The notes under the pieces were generated by a model. That model saw only the letters and a list, made by a program, of their open reading frames with translations, searched no databases and was not told the DNA's origin. Both the position numbers and the translations under genes were made by a program. This document shows positions 19,613 to 30,274 of a stretch of 64,000 bases of DNA, in pieces. The DNA is from an uncultured Methanolobus sp. Its GTDB lineage: Archaea; Halobacteriota; Methanosarcinia; Methanosarcinales; Methanosarcinaceae. The stretch spans positions 1-64,000 of the forward strand of contig OY776215.1 of the NCBI GenBank assembly GCA_963675495.1. Reading direction: 5' to 3'. Positions within the stretch are counted from its first letter, which is position 1; every line of letters starts with the position of its first letter.

Positions 19613-19821
19613 ATATAAGCCTCGATATTGAATTGATCAATTCGGAACTTTCACACAAAAAGTTGAATGTTCCGAGTGGAACTACTTATGAAAACGTACT
19701 GGACATTCTTGGTATAAACCAGGAAACTGTCCTTATTTTAAAAGAGAAAAAAGCTGTTCCTATTGATGGAATAGCAGTGCCCGGTAAATTAACTATCATG
19801 TGTGTTGCATCACAAGGATAG
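19609..19821 (+). CDS. Ubiquitin-like ThiS/MoaD (SAMP2-like) protein
   Basis: GTTYENVLDILGINQETVLIL....VPID beta-grasp pattern; C-terminus VASQG. Confidence 0.8.
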   Translation: MNISLDIELINSELSHKKLNVPSGTTYENVLDILGINQETVLILKEKKAVPIDGIAVPGKLTIMCVASQG

Positions 19822-19847
19822 ACTCCAACCGGACACACTCACAAACT

Positions 19848-20228
19848 TTACATCCTTTTTGTAATGTCTTTAAGTTTAGTGATGGCATCCATTGTTGTTT
19901 TTGTGTCCTCTATGATCTTCTGCTCATAGTGTTTGATGATGTCTTCAACAGGTGCAGATAGTTTGTAGATCTTTGTAGGTCTACCCTTTCCAACTGCTTT
20001 TTTGTTGTGGATATCGATCCAGCTTCTTTCACGCATGTGCCTCATGGCAACGCTGACTTCCGGCTGTCTCAAACCAGTGCTCATTTCTATTTCCTGAGAT
20101 GAGGCTTCCTCGACATTTGAAAGGTATGTGAGTGTGGTTGCCACATTTCTTGACATTCCTAGGCTTTTCAATGCTTCGATGAACTTATAGTCCGTATCGT
20201 CTAGTATTTTTACTTCAAAGTCTTTCAT
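19848..20228 (-). CDS. HTH transcription regulator (TrmB/ArsR-like)
   Basis: SQEIEMSTGLRQPEVSVAM, GKGRPTKIYKL. Confidence 0.88.
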   Translation of the reverse strand: MKDFEVKILDDTDYKFIEALKSLGMSRNVATTLTYLSNVEEASSQEIEMSTGLRQPEVSVAMRHMRERSWIDIHNKKAVGKGRPTKIYKLSAPVEDIIKHYEQKIIEDTKTTMDAITKLKDITKRM

Positions 20229-20335
20229 AATCAAATAACCCCTTGATTTTGACAGTCGCTCTTACGAGCTACAATTCATACTATGACATTATTATATTTA
20301 AAGTTATATATGCGCAAAATTAAAACACTTAATAA

Positions 20336-21490
20336 TTAATAATCTGTTCTAAAAATGGAACATTCTTTCGACATAGAGAATATTTTGTTCTTGAGGATGC
20401 TTAAAGATTTAAAAAAAGCGTAATCTTTTCCATTGAATATCTGCTCCTTTATTTTTTTTCCAATAATATCGTCGCTGCCAGATTGCAATCTGAGGACAGT
20501 TGAACCTGGATATATGTGCTTATTATGCGAAAAACCATCAATATCCCCGTCAGTTATCCCTATGATGGGTATTCTTAGTCTGTAAAGTATATCTCCTGCA
20601 ATATCGGTGGTGTCATCTCCGATAGTTACAGCGACTTGAGCGCTTTCAGCTAGTTCAAAAGATCTCTCCGCTTCATGGTCAATTAGGACTGCTTTTATTT
20701 TATCTCCTGTATCCAGAGTACTTTTTTCTTGATCAGATGGGTATTTTAATTCTGTCATGTTTTTGCGAACCGAAAAGTTATTGCCTCGCAAAGGTCCGCT
20801 TTTTACCCAGCATGAATTAAGGTCAATGGGAATTTTCTGTTCGTATCTGTGAAGCTTTTCAAGTCCATGTTCTTTGATTCTTGCACCCTTGATATTCTTA
20901 ATAAAGCCATTTTCAGTTATTATCTGTATATCTTCACATTGTGCAAAACCCACAATAATCCCATTGATCATTATTTTTTCTCCGGTATGCACACCATAGA
21001 CATTTCTTATAATACGCTGTCCATGGTTTTCAACACTTATCGGTGTGACAAGTTCAGGGATGTCTGTTATTTCAAGTTCCAGGAATTTTGCAATTTCCAA
21101 TGCAAAGTCAGTGGATTTTGAATTCCAGGGAACGATCTTTCCATCAGGTAATCCTGGTCTTTCAATGTGAACAAGCGGCTTTATGTTGCGGTCAACAAGT
21201 TTTGACATCACTATATTTGCGAAAAGAATACCGTTGATGGTTGTTTTTCCATGGTTCAGCAAAATGACTATATCCTTTGTTCTGAAAAACTCTTCTATAC
21301 AACGGCTTGGCTTCAGACTTTTCCGGATATCAATAATATTTTCAAGATGGGCATCGAGAACTGCTGTTTTACCAATGGTTCCGGCCATTATAGCAGATAT
21401 ATTTCCGTAGACACTCAATTTATCAAGTATTTTTTTCGCCATACCCGAATCGACAACATCCGGTCCATGGATAACTACGCCAATTTCCAT
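20336..21490 (-). CDS. DUF2117 family methanogen protein
   Basis: IGVVIHGPDVVDSG, GTIGKTAVLDA, TIGDDTT..AGDIL, IIGITDGD. Confidence 0.88.
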   Translation of the reverse strand: MEIGVVIHGPDVVDSGMAKKILDKLSVYGNISAIMAGTIGKTAVLDAHLENIIDIRKSLKPSRCIEEFFRTKDIVILLNHGKTTINGILFANIVMSKLVDRNIKPLVHIERPGLPDGKIVPWNSKSTDFALEIAKFLELEITDIPELVTPISVENHGQRIIRNVYGVHTGEKIMINGIIVGFAQCEDIQIITENGFIKNIKGARIKEHGLEKLHRYEQKIPIDLNSCWVKSGPLRGNNFSVRKNMTELKYPSDQEKSTLDTGDKIKAVLIDHEAERSFELAESAQVAVTIGDDTTDIAGDILYRLRIPIIGITDGDIDGFSHNKHIYPGSTVLRLQSGSDDIIGKKIKEQIFNGKDYAFFKSLSILKNKIFSMSKECSIFRTDY

Positions 21491-21569
21491 ATATTCCTAT
21501 TGTAGGTTCTTTTACAATTATACTTTCCCGCCGATAATCTATTATCCTGAAAGACATATTCAGGGATAT

Positions 21570-22265
21570 ATGAATGATATCCAATTGACATGGTTTGGGC
21601 ATTCTTGTTTTCAGATAGATGCTGCAGAGGTCACAGTTCTTATAGACCCTTTTATAGCAGGCAACCCTGCAGCTACAGTTCGACCTGAAGACCTTGAACC
21701 TGATATCATCGCAGTTACACATGGTCATGGTGATCATCTGGGAGATACTGTCAGCATAGCAAAAAGGACAGATTGCGCAGTCGTGTGTATCCATGAGATC
21801 TCACAGTATCTGAAGAAAAAAGGAATAAAGACTGCAGGAATGAATATTGGAGGAACTGTTGAGCTTGAAGAAATCCTTTTTACGATGACTGATGCTCGTC
21901 ATTCTTCATCCATTGATGAATCAGGCTGGAACTTTGATGGTGGAAGAGCAGCGGGTTTTGTGATAAATTGTGGGAAGACGTCTATCTATCATGCAGGAGA
22001 TACAGGTCTTTTCGGGGATATGGAGCTTATAGCAAAACTTTACCATCCGGATGTTGCTATTCTTCCTATAGGTGGTAGGTTTACTATGGATTCGAGGGAT
22101 GCCGCACTTGCAGTTGAGATGATCGATCCTCGAATTGCAATTCCTATGCATTACAATACATTCGATGTTATATCCCAGGATCCTAATATTTTTAAGAATC
22201 ATGTAAGTAGATTGTCTGATGCAGATGTTGTAATTATGGAAATTGACAGCTCCATTATTTTATAA
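21570..22265 (+). CDS. Metallo-beta-lactamase-fold hydrolase (UPF0173)
   Basis: GHS, THGHGDH, YHAGDT, LPIGG.FTM, IPMHYNTF. Confidence 0.93.
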   Translation: MNDIQLTWFGHSCFQIDAAEVTVLIDPFIAGNPAATVRPEDLEPDIIAVTHGHGDHLGDTVSIAKRTDCAVVCIHEISQYLKKKGIKTAGMNIGGTVELEEILFTMTDARHSSSIDESGWNFDGGRAAGFVINCGKTSIYHAGDTGLFGDMELIAKLYHPDVAILPIGGRFTMDSRDAALAVEMIDPRIAIPMHYNTFDVISQDPNIFKNHVSRLSDADVVIMEIDSSIIL

Positions 22266-22343
22266 GACAGTGTGTATAAAATATTTTAGCCTTTTATTTT
22301 ATACTACGGATAGGTTTATATTTCATTATGTCGAACTAACATT

Positions 22344-22420
22344 AGGCAAAAGTCGAGTTACATTTATAATATAACGAACATCCCCTCTAGTTCTCGTCAT
22401 AAGGCTTTTGCCTTTCTATT
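22344..22420 (+). ncRNA. Candidate small RNA
   Basis: TATA-like tttatat about 25-30 nt upstream; 9-bp closing stem aggcaaaag/cttttgcct enclosing two small hairpins; T-rich 3' end. Confidence 0.35.
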
Positions 22421-22629
22421 AATAATATTAATTGTATATTTTTTAATATTTAACTTATACGCTTTTTTATTTTATCTCATACTACAAAACATAAAGTATC
22501 TTTACTGTATTATATTTTATACTGATAAGTATCTGGAGTTTTTGGTACATAACATGCTTATTTTAAATTGGAAAATCCCATCAATATAAAAAAGAATTGT
22601 TGGGCAGTGAATGCCCAATGAAAATGTTC

Positions 22630-24216
22630 TCATTTTTTAAAACATTCATCCAGATGTTCTTGTGGTGTTGGTTTTGTCACAAGGCTTACGACAATTGCAA
22701 CAATGAACGCCAGTGGGGTAGCTACAAGTATTGGGTCCACGACTGTCCAGGTACCTGTCAGAATCGTGTCAACACCAAATAGCGCTTTGCTTATTCCAAG
22801 GGGAACTGCTTCTGATTTGTGGACAAACGCAAGCCAGAACATGCTTGAAAAAGTTCCTACTAACAAACTGGCAATTGCACCTTCTTTTGTCATACGCTTC
22901 CAGAAAAGTGCACCTGTATACATTGGCAGGAATGCTGCTGCGCAAAGCCCGAAGAAGATCGCTGTTGCTCTTGCAATAATACTGATGGGAAGTATGTATG
23001 CCAGTATGACACTTGCAAGGATGGTAATTGCAATTGCTACTTTGGTTATGTTGATGGTCTGGCCAAGTTCTCCTTTCTTTATATACTGGCGATAAAAGTC
23101 ATGCCCTATAGATGTTCCCATTGTATGGAACTGGGAACTCAGCGTAGACATGGCTGCTGCAAGCAAGGTCAGCATGAACAGGACGACAAAAGTGTCCGGC
23201 ATTGCACTGTTTATGAACTCAGGCATGATCAGGTCAGTATTTCCTCCGGCAACAGCAACTGATATCATTCCCTTTGTCTTGAAGAAATATGCATTGGATA
23301 ATGCACCAACGGTAAAAGCAACTCCTGTCATCATAAGGATAAATGGTCCGCCAACAAGTACGGCCCTGTTGAGTGCCTTGTCATTCTTCACAGTCATGAA
23401 CCTTACTGCAAGCTGTGGTTGTGCAACTACTCCTATTCCAACACCAAGTACAAGTGTTGATACAAGTGTCCACCATATAGGTGATCCGAATGCCGGCATT
23501 GATGTCCATCCCAAATGTCCTCCGGCAGCAAGACTCTCAGGTACAAGATTGTTCATGGATGTAAGGGCAGAGTGAGCTGCAGTGACTCCTCCCAGTTTGA
23601 TGTAGGTGAAGACCAGGAGGAAGATCATTCCAATGAACATGAGTGTGCCTTGTAAGGCATCGGTATACATAACAGCAATAAGTCCGCCTGTAATCACATA
23701 AGCGGCGACGATAACAGTAAGAATAAGAACGGCAACATCATAGTTTATATTGAGGGTTGATTCCAGGAACCTTGCTCCTCCGATAAGTACGATACCTGCA
23801 TATAAAGGCATGAATATGCCTATAAGCGCTCCTGAGAATCCCTGGATAAATCTTGACTGGAAGCGTCTTCCAATTAGTTCAGGGAATGTAACTGCATTAA
23901 GATTCAGTCCCATACGGCGGGTTTTGGAACCGAATACTACGAATGCTATGAATATTCCTACAAAGATGTTCATAAAAGCAAGCCATAACAGTCCCATACC
24001 AAGAGCACCAGCGGCTCCACCAAATCCGATTATGGCTGAAGTACTGATGAAAGTTGCACCATAGGACAGTGCAAGAATATAAGGATGTATTTTCCTTCCT
24101 GCCACCATATAATCTTCGGTTTCTTTTGTTTTTGAATATCCAAGCCATCCAAGATAAAATATAATCATTAGATAGACCAGTATGATGACTCCAAGTACAG
24201 GTGTGCTAAGTACCAT
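22630..24216 (-). CDS. Sodium:solute symporter (SSF/PutP-like), copy 1
   Basis: DYMVAGR, ATFISTSAIIG, GGL.AVMYTD.LQG, AAAMSTLSS; about 13 TM helices. Confidence 0.95.
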   Translation of the reverse strand: MVLSTPVLGVIILVYLMIIFYLGWLGYSKTKETEDYMVAGRKIHPYILALSYGATFISTSAIIGFGGAAGALGMGLLWLAFMNIFVGIFIAFVVFGSKTRRMGLNLNAVTFPELIGRRFQSRFIQGFSGALIGIFMPLYAGIVLIGGARFLESTLNINYDVAVLILTVIVAAYVITGGLIAVMYTDALQGTLMFIGMIFLLVFTYIKLGGVTAAHSALTSMNNLVPESLAAGGHLGWTSMPAFGSPIWWTLVSTLVLGVGIGVVAQPQLAVRFMTVKNDKALNRAVLVGGPFILMMTGVAFTVGALSNAYFFKTKGMISVAVAGGNTDLIMPEFINSAMPDTFVVLFMLTLLAAAMSTLSSQFHTMGTSIGHDFYRQYIKKGELGQTINITKVAIAITILASVILAYILPISIIARATAIFFGLCAAAFLPMYTGALFWKRMTKEGAIASLLVGTFSSMFWLAFVHKSEAVPLGISKALFGVDTILTGTWTVVDPILVATPLAFIVAIVVSLVTKPTPQEHLDECFKK

Positions 24217-24341
24217 TATGCCACCTCTGGGTCATCTGAATCATCGTTCCATTTGAGGGCTCCATAGATTATGCAGCCTATGGCACTTACAAAACAAAGT
24301 ATATAAGCGATCCATATTTGTGGGTCATCTATTCCAAGCAT
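24216..24341 (-). CDS. Symporter small accessory protein (41 aa), copy 1
   Basis: MLGIDDPQIWIAYILCFVSAIGCIIYGALKWNDDSDDPEVA; RBS ggag; stop overlaps symporter ATG. Confidence 0.88.
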   Translation of the reverse strand: MLGIDDPQIWIAYILCFVSAIGCIIYGALKWNDDSDDPEVA

Positions 24342-24757
24342 ATTTCTCCTTCCTTTTAATGTTTATAACAAATCATGGTAATTACTAACATGTCAATTGT
24401 TAGCATACCACTCTATTTAAACTTTAGTAAAAAAAGATTGTACATACTGTGGCTGATAAAAATGAATCTGGATGATAAGTGATAAAAGGAATTCCAGTAG
24501 TTTCTGATGTGTATCCAAATTTTATAGATTATGTAGCAAAAGCATGTTGTTGTAGGGTGAAATATCAGGCTGAAAGAGACTTGTTGAACTTCCTAGTTCC
24601 CATAATAAAGGAAAAAGGAGGAAGATATGGGACAATTAGATTTTTTAGCTGGTAGCTGTATCAGGGATAATTATGCACTGTCCGGTCGTGTTTTAAAAAA
24701 TACAATCAATATCGTGGCGCCATAAAATATTTAAGTGATCATCTCTTCCATAATTTT

Positions 24758-25510
24758 ATGGCAGAATCACCGATTTTTGAGATATTTGATGGATTGCCTA
24801 GGCAGGGTCCAGGTAATAACAAGTGTACTGAAAAAGCTTTTAATTTGCTTTCTTCCCTTCCTGCAGGCAGTAAGGTCCTTGACATTGGTTGCGGTGTGGG
24901 TATGCAGACAATACATCTTGCTAAGATCTGCAATGACTGTCACATCACTGCAACTGACATTTACCAGCCTTTTCTGGATAAACTGATGGAAAATGCAGTT
25001 AAAGAAGGACTTGATGACAGGATTACCACAGTTTGTGCGTCCATGGATGAGCTACCATTTGAAGCAGGAGAATTCGATGTCATCTGGGCAGAAGGCTCCA
25101 TCTTTATCCTTGGTCTTGAAAAAGGAATTAGCTACTGGAAACAGTTCCTTAAAAGTGGAGGTTATATGGCAATAACAGAGAACACATGGTTCACGGATGA
25201 ACCTGCTTCGGAAGTGCTTGAATTCTGGCAGGAAATATATCCTGGTATCATGAACATACATGATACTGAAAAAGTTATCACGTCAGTAGGATATGACATC
25301 ATTGATCATTTTAAACTGCCAGTTTCTGTCTGGTATGAGTTTTACGACCATCTGGAAAAAAGAGTCGATGCCATCAGTGATAACTATCAAGGAAACACCG
25401 AGGCAGAAATGATACTTGATTTTAACAGAAAAGAGATAAAACTCTTCAGAGAACGCCCGGATGAATATGGTTATGCATTCTACGTTTTTCAAAAGAAAAC
25501 AAATAAATGA
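24758..25510 (+). CDS. Class I SAM-dependent methyltransferase
   Basis: LPRQGPG, VLDIGCGVG, FDVIWAEGS. Confidence 0.92.
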   Translation: MAESPIFEIFDGLPRQGPGNNKCTEKAFNLLSSLPAGSKVLDIGCGVGMQTIHLAKICNDCHITATDIYQPFLDKLMENAVKEGLDDRITTVCASMDELPFEAGEFDVIWAEGSIFILGLEKGISYWKQFLKSGGYMAITENTWFTDEPASEVLEFWQEIYPGIMNIHDTEKVITSVGYDIIDHFKLPVSVWYEFYDHLEKRVDAISDNYQGNTEAEMILDFNRKEIKLFRERPDEYGYAFYVFQKKTNK

Positions 25511-25542
25511 CCTGATCATTTCTGTCAAAATGTTTATCCGTA

Positions 25543-26673
25543 ATGGCATTCTGGATTAATGGTATGAACGATGAATACAGGAACAAAAGGAGCGATACTT
25601 CAGACATCACCCTTATTCCCGGCTGGAACACTTCACTTGCATCTGCATTTTCAGCCTATAAAGGGCCATATATTCCCGGCAGGATTGCAGCCCAACATAA
25701 GACGGTCTGCAATATCCTTACTGAAAATGGTGAGATACAGGCAGCAATATCAGGAGCTATGCGTAAGGTCGGCAAGCAGCCGGTTGTCGGGGATTTTGTT
25801 GTACTGCTTGATCAAAGTGACATTAATTCATACACAATCGTGGACATCCTTCCACGAAGCTCCTGTCTTTCCAGAGGCTCTGCAGGCGAGTCCGGTGAAG
25901 AGCAGTTGATAGCTGCAAACATTGATACTATCTTCATCGTTACTGCTGTTGGACACGACCTTAACGTGAGAAGACTTGAACGATATCTCACCATCGTTTA
26001 TTCTTCCGGTGCGAGACCTGTTATTATCATTAACAAGATAGATCTTGCTGAGAATATGTCTGATGATCCATCACAAACGATACAGGAAATAAAGGATATG
26101 GCTGGCGATGTTCCGGTAATCACTCTAAGCGCCCTTTCAAAGACAAATCTGGAAAAGCTTGAACCTTTCATGAACCCCGCTGAAACAATAGCACTCATCG
26201 GTTCCTCTGGAGTTGGTAAATCCACACTTACAAATGCGTTTTTTGACTACGATGTCCAGAAGACATTAGATGTCCGTGAGGATGACGATAAAGGGAAACA
26301 CACAACCACTGTCAGACAGCTTTTCATCCTCCAAAACGGCACTATCTTCATTGACAACCCCGGTATCCGTGAGATACAGCTTGGTGATTCATCTGACGGT
26401 CTTGACAGGACATTCTCCGATATTACTGAACTTGCTCAGAACTGCCGTTTCAAGGATTGTACACATCGGAATGAGCCACATTGTGCTGTCAGGAATGCAG
26501 TGGATGAAGGAATTATAACGCAAGAAAGATTTGATAGCTATCATAAGCTGAACGATGAGCTGGCCTTTCAGGCGGCTAAGGTTGAGATTGGGTTGAGGGG
26601 AGTGGAAAAGAAGAAATGTAAAGGAATATCAAAAGGGGCAAAGAAGTATCTGGAAGCCAAAAGGGAATGGTAA
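25543..26673 (+). CDS. rsgA: Ribosome small-subunit-dependent GTPase A (bacterial-type)
   Basis: PVVGD OB-fold, [39 protein letters not shown] zinc finger; start may be ATG 25564. Confidence 0.93.
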   Translation: MAFWINGMNDEYRNKRSDTSDITLIPGWNTSLASAFSAYKGPYIPGRIAAQHKTVCNILTENGEIQAAISGAMRKVGKQPVVGDFVVLLDQSDINSYTIVDILPRSSCLSRGSAGESGEEQLIAANIDTIFIVTAVGHDLNVRRLERYLTIVYSSGARPVIIINKIDLAENMSDDPSQTIQEIKDMAGDVPVITLSALSKTNLEKLEPFMNPAETIALIGSSGVGKSTLTNAFFDYDVQKTLDVREDDDKGKHTTTVRQLFILQNGTIFIDNPGIREIQLGDSSDGLDRTFSDITELAQNCRFKDCTHRNEPHCAVRNAVDEGIITQERFDSYHKLNDELAFQAAKVEIGLRGVEKKKCKGISKGAKKYLEAKREW

Positions 26674-26756
26674 GGAAGTGGTGCATCAGATTGCAGTTGT
26701 GAATCGTCGTTAGATCGATCGAACCATATTAATATTGGACAATAAAAGCTCTGAAT

Positions 26757-27320
26757 GTGATTATGATGGCAACACATAATATTCAGATAAGGGAAGCAAC
26801 AGAGTCTGATCTTGATTATGTGATGCAAGTCGAAAAAGAGGCTTTCGGGTATGAAAAGGAAGCAATACTGGTTTCCCAGCTTCTGGAAGATAAAAGTGCA
26901 GAGCCAGTAATATCACTATTGGCTTTCAAAAACGATGAGGCAGTCGGACATATTCTGTTCACAAAAGCAACAATTAACGGAAATGGTTCTTCTCCTTTGA
27001 TATACCTTCTCGCACCTCTGGCGATTAAACCAGACCATCAGAAACAGGGAATTGGTGGAATTCTAATTAATGAGGGCTTAAAGAAACTGAAACAGATTGG
27101 TGTTGAACTGGTCTTTGTTCTGGGGCATGAGAGTTACTATCCCAAATATGGATTTAAGCAGGATGCTGGTAGTATGGGATTTGCGGCACCTTATCCGATT
27201 CCGAAAGAGCACGCTGGTGCATGGATGGTTTACCCACTGGATTCTGAGTTTGCTGGTGGAGTTAAGGGTCAGGTTGTTTGTGCTGATGCGCTGAATAAGC
27301 CGGAGCATTGGAGGGAATGA
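26757..27320 (+). CDS. GNAT N-acetyltransferase (YhbS-like)
   Basis: VGHILFT, LAPLAIKPDHQKQGIG, VLGH..YYPKYGF. Confidence 0.9.
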   Translation: MIMMATHNIQIREATESDLDYVMQVEKEAFGYEKEAILVSQLLEDKSAEPVISLLAFKNDEAVGHILFTKATINGNGSSPLIYLLAPLAIKPDHQKQGIGGILINEGLKKLKQIGVELVFVLGHESYYPKYGFKQDAGSMGFAAPYPIPKEHAGAWMVYPLDSEFAGGVKGQVVCADALNKPEHWRE

Positions 27321-27560
27321 AAGATGGAAACATGTTGCTTATGCTGTCGAATAATGGGTACATTTTTTTAATCTAAAAGAAAAAGATGCTGGCTACAACA
27401 GGTGTCTAATAAGACTTTAAGAGTCACAAGGGTTACTCGGCTGTACTTTGTATAGTGCAGTGACTATTAAGTATATATAAATAACCGTCTATTTATCATT
27501 GTGGTTCAATGTCTTCAAAGGACATTCAACCATAAAAACGACATAAAGGAGTTAAAAAAA

Positions 27561-27800
27561 ATGAGCGTAAAGGAAGGTATCCATTCACAGATCGTTGGCG
27601 GACTTGCAGATGCAACATTCCCTATTAACACACCTGAAGATTTACTTGCAGCATTCCCTGCAGGGGCAGGCACAAAATGTAAGTCAGGAGATGTCGAAGT
27701 AACTGCAGGTGAGGCAGGAAAACTTCTTACAGCAGAGGATTTCCCATTCGAAAGTGCTAAGCAGGTAGCAGATATACTCGTTGGAAGGGCAGGGCTATAA
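27561..27800 (+). CDS. MTH865-family protein
   Basis: FPINTPEDLLAAFPAGAGT, DFPFESA; RBS aaggag. Confidence 0.88.
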   Translation: MSVKEGIHSQIVGGLADATFPINTPEDLLAAFPAGAGTKCKSGDVEVTAGEAGKLLTAEDFPFESAKQVADILVGRAGL

Positions 27801-28685
27801 GTTCCCTTTCTTTTCCTTTCCCTTTCTAAAAATCAATTGTTAAATTTTCTTTTTGATTTCAAGTGAATTCAGGTTTTCTGAATTCCAGATTATTTGTTTA
27901 TAATTCTTAGATTTGCTGTTTTTACTAGTTTTGCTTCCTAGGCAATGCAATCTCAAATAAACTTTATAGTAGACGGCTTCGTCCCCTCTCCCCCCACACC
28001 CCCCTCACCCCTTTTTTTTTACATGACCCCCTGTAGTAGACGACTTATCCTCCATATTTCACTCAATTTAATGGAAATTTTACTTAGAGAACCCACCATC
28101 TTCCATAAACAGAGTTACTAAAATCAATACTCTTTTCTTACCAACAAGATACTGGACCAATTCCTTAGCTTTCAATAGAATATAACTCGAAATGATTGAT
28201 TTTTTAAATGCTTCTGAAGCTAATGCCCACTAGAAATTTTTTTAAAAAATACGATGAAAAGCCATTTACTTTCAGTGCTCATTTCAAGTATAGCTTGGGG
28301 GCATGGGGAGTTGTAGTTTCTCAAAGTTGAACAAAAACAAGCAGGAAAATATATCTGCCACTAAGTACAAGTCGTTTGCTCATGTTTCAAATTAATAAAA
28401 TAGATAAAGAATCTATCAAAGGATTACAGGAAGAAGAACATTGGAACATATATATTGTCACAGATGAGAATCTTAGCCAATGAAAAAGGATAAAAAGCAA
28501 TCTGCTCTACAACTATGGATAATATCGCTTCTCAGCGTACAATTGAGATAAGTGGTTTCGGTTCTTACCATAGAATATTTACTGTAAAATTGAAATAATT
28601 ATTGAAGCTTGAATATAGTAGTCCTTCCCGAATTGAAGTACATGTTAAATATAGCTATAAATCAATAATCAAATGGGGTAAAAGA

Positions 28686-28793
28686 ATGACAGGTAAACGT
28701 GCAACTCAGAAGGAAATGTTCAGAGACGTCATGATCATTGTAATATTAATAATTGCTATGTTCTTTATTGCAATAATCCTGGAACCTATGTAA
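28686..28793 (+). CDS. Small single-TM protein (35 aa) upstream of trkH
   Basis: MTGKRATQKEMFRDVMIIVILIIAMFFIAIILEPM; ggggt RBS-like sequence. Confidence 0.45.
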   Translation: MTGKRATQKEMFRDVMIIVILIIAMFFIAIILEPM

Positions 28794-28828
28794 AAATGGA
28801 GCTTAAAATGGGACGCTAATAAGGTTGT

Positions 28829-30274
28829 GTGATTGGTTTGAGATCTCGCGTGGTTCTGGGAGTATTGGGTCCAATTATCTGGTTGCTTTCCGGATTTATG
28901 ATCATACCGCTGATCGTTGCTCTGTATTATGACGAACCCCTGCACATTTTTGTCCTTCCTTTCATTTGCGCAATAGTTATTGCTTATCTTTTGACATTGT
29001 TTTTTAAAAGGCAGGATGAAGAATGGAATCGAAAGGAAGGATTTTTTATTGTGGCAGTAACCTGGCTTATTGCAGCACTGCTTTATTCGTTTCCCTACAT
29101 TCTCGAAGGCGTACCTCCAATAAATGCCTTATTTGAATCCATGTCCGGGGTTACAGCTACAGGAGCGACTGCACTTCCCGATATTGAGAGCCATAGTAAA
29201 GGCCTGCTTTTCTGGAGAAGTCTGACCCAATGGCTTGGAGGCATGGGAATCATTATGCTGTTCGTTGCTATCCTCCCAAAACTTGGAGTTGGTGGAAGGC
29301 AAATGTTCCGTGCAGAGGTTCCGGGGCTTCAGGAAGAAAGACTGCGTCCGAGGATAAGGGAAACTGCAAAGATCCTGTGGCTCGTTTATATTGTGTTGAC
29401 CATTGCAGAATTTATTATCCTGATGATCGCAGGATTAACTCCGTATGATTCTATCACTCATACCTTTACATCCATCTCATGCTCTGGTTTTTCCCCCTAT
29501 GCAAACAGCATAGCAGCTTTTGCTGACCCTCTGGTAGAGGGTATTTTTGTTGTATTTATGTTCCTTGGTGGAGCAAACTTTGCCCTTCATTACAAAACGA
29601 TATTTACTGATAGAAAAAGCCTGATAAAAGACCAGGAATTCAAGTTTTACCTTTTTATAATTGTGTCTGCGACCCTTGTTCTTGTTTATGAGCTATTCAG
29701 AAACAATGTTTATTCTATTACTGAAGCTTTCAGATACAGTATTTTCCAGGTCATTTCCGTCCTGACAACTACAGGCTATGCAACTGTGGATTTCAATCTA
29801 TGGCCCGATTCTCCCCGATTCATACTCTTTTTGCTAATGTTCATAGGAGGCTGTGCAGGCTCAACATCAGGCGGTGTGAAAGTAGTGCGATTGCTTCTTC
29901 TGCTAAAATATGCACAGAATGTTCTTTACAAGACTATTCATCCAAAAGCTGTCGTACCAATCCGTTTTAACAATAAAACAGTACCAGAAGAAACAATCCA
30001 TTCCATAGTCTCTTTTCTGGTAATATACATCCTGATCTTTGCCGTCAGCTCAACCCTGCTCTCAATGATGGGAATGGATTTCATTACTACCCTGAGCGCC
30101 TCCATTGCAACTCTTGGCAATGTCGGCCCAGGTCTTGGTCTTGTAGGACCCATGGCAAGTTTTGATAACATACCTGATCCAGGCAAGTTGATCCTCATCG
30201 CCAACATGTGGATAGGAAGACTCGAGGTGTTTACAGTTATAGTACTACTGACACCTGATTTTTGGAAACACTGA
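28829..30274 (+). CDS. trkH: TrkH potassium uptake membrane protein
   Basis: FESMSGVTATGAT, QWLGGMGII, TTTGY, GGCAGSTSGGVK, GNVGPG, GRLEVF. Confidence 0.95.
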   Translation: MIGLRSRVVLGVLGPIIWLLSGFMIIPLIVALYYDEPLHIFVLPFICAIVIAYLLTLFFKRQDEEWNRKEGFFIVAVTWLIAALLYSFPYILEGVPPINALFESMSGVTATGATALPDIESHSKGLLFWRSLTQWLGGMGIIMLFVAILPKLGVGGRQMFRAEVPGLQEERLRPRIRETAKILWLVYIVLTIAEFIILMIAGLTPYDSITHTFTSISCSGFSPYANSIAAFADPLVEGIFVVFMFLGGANFALHYKTIFTDRKSLIKDQEFKFYLFIIVSATLVLVYELFRNNVYSITEAFRYSIFQVISVLTTTGYATVDFNLWPDSPRFILFLLMFIGGCAGSTSGGVKVVRLLLLLKYAQNVLYKTIHPKAVVPIRFNNKTVPEETIHSIVSFLVIYILIFAVSSTLLSMMGMDFITTLSASIATLGNVGPGLGLVGPMASFDNIPDPGKLILIANMWIGRLEVFTVIVLLTPDFWKH

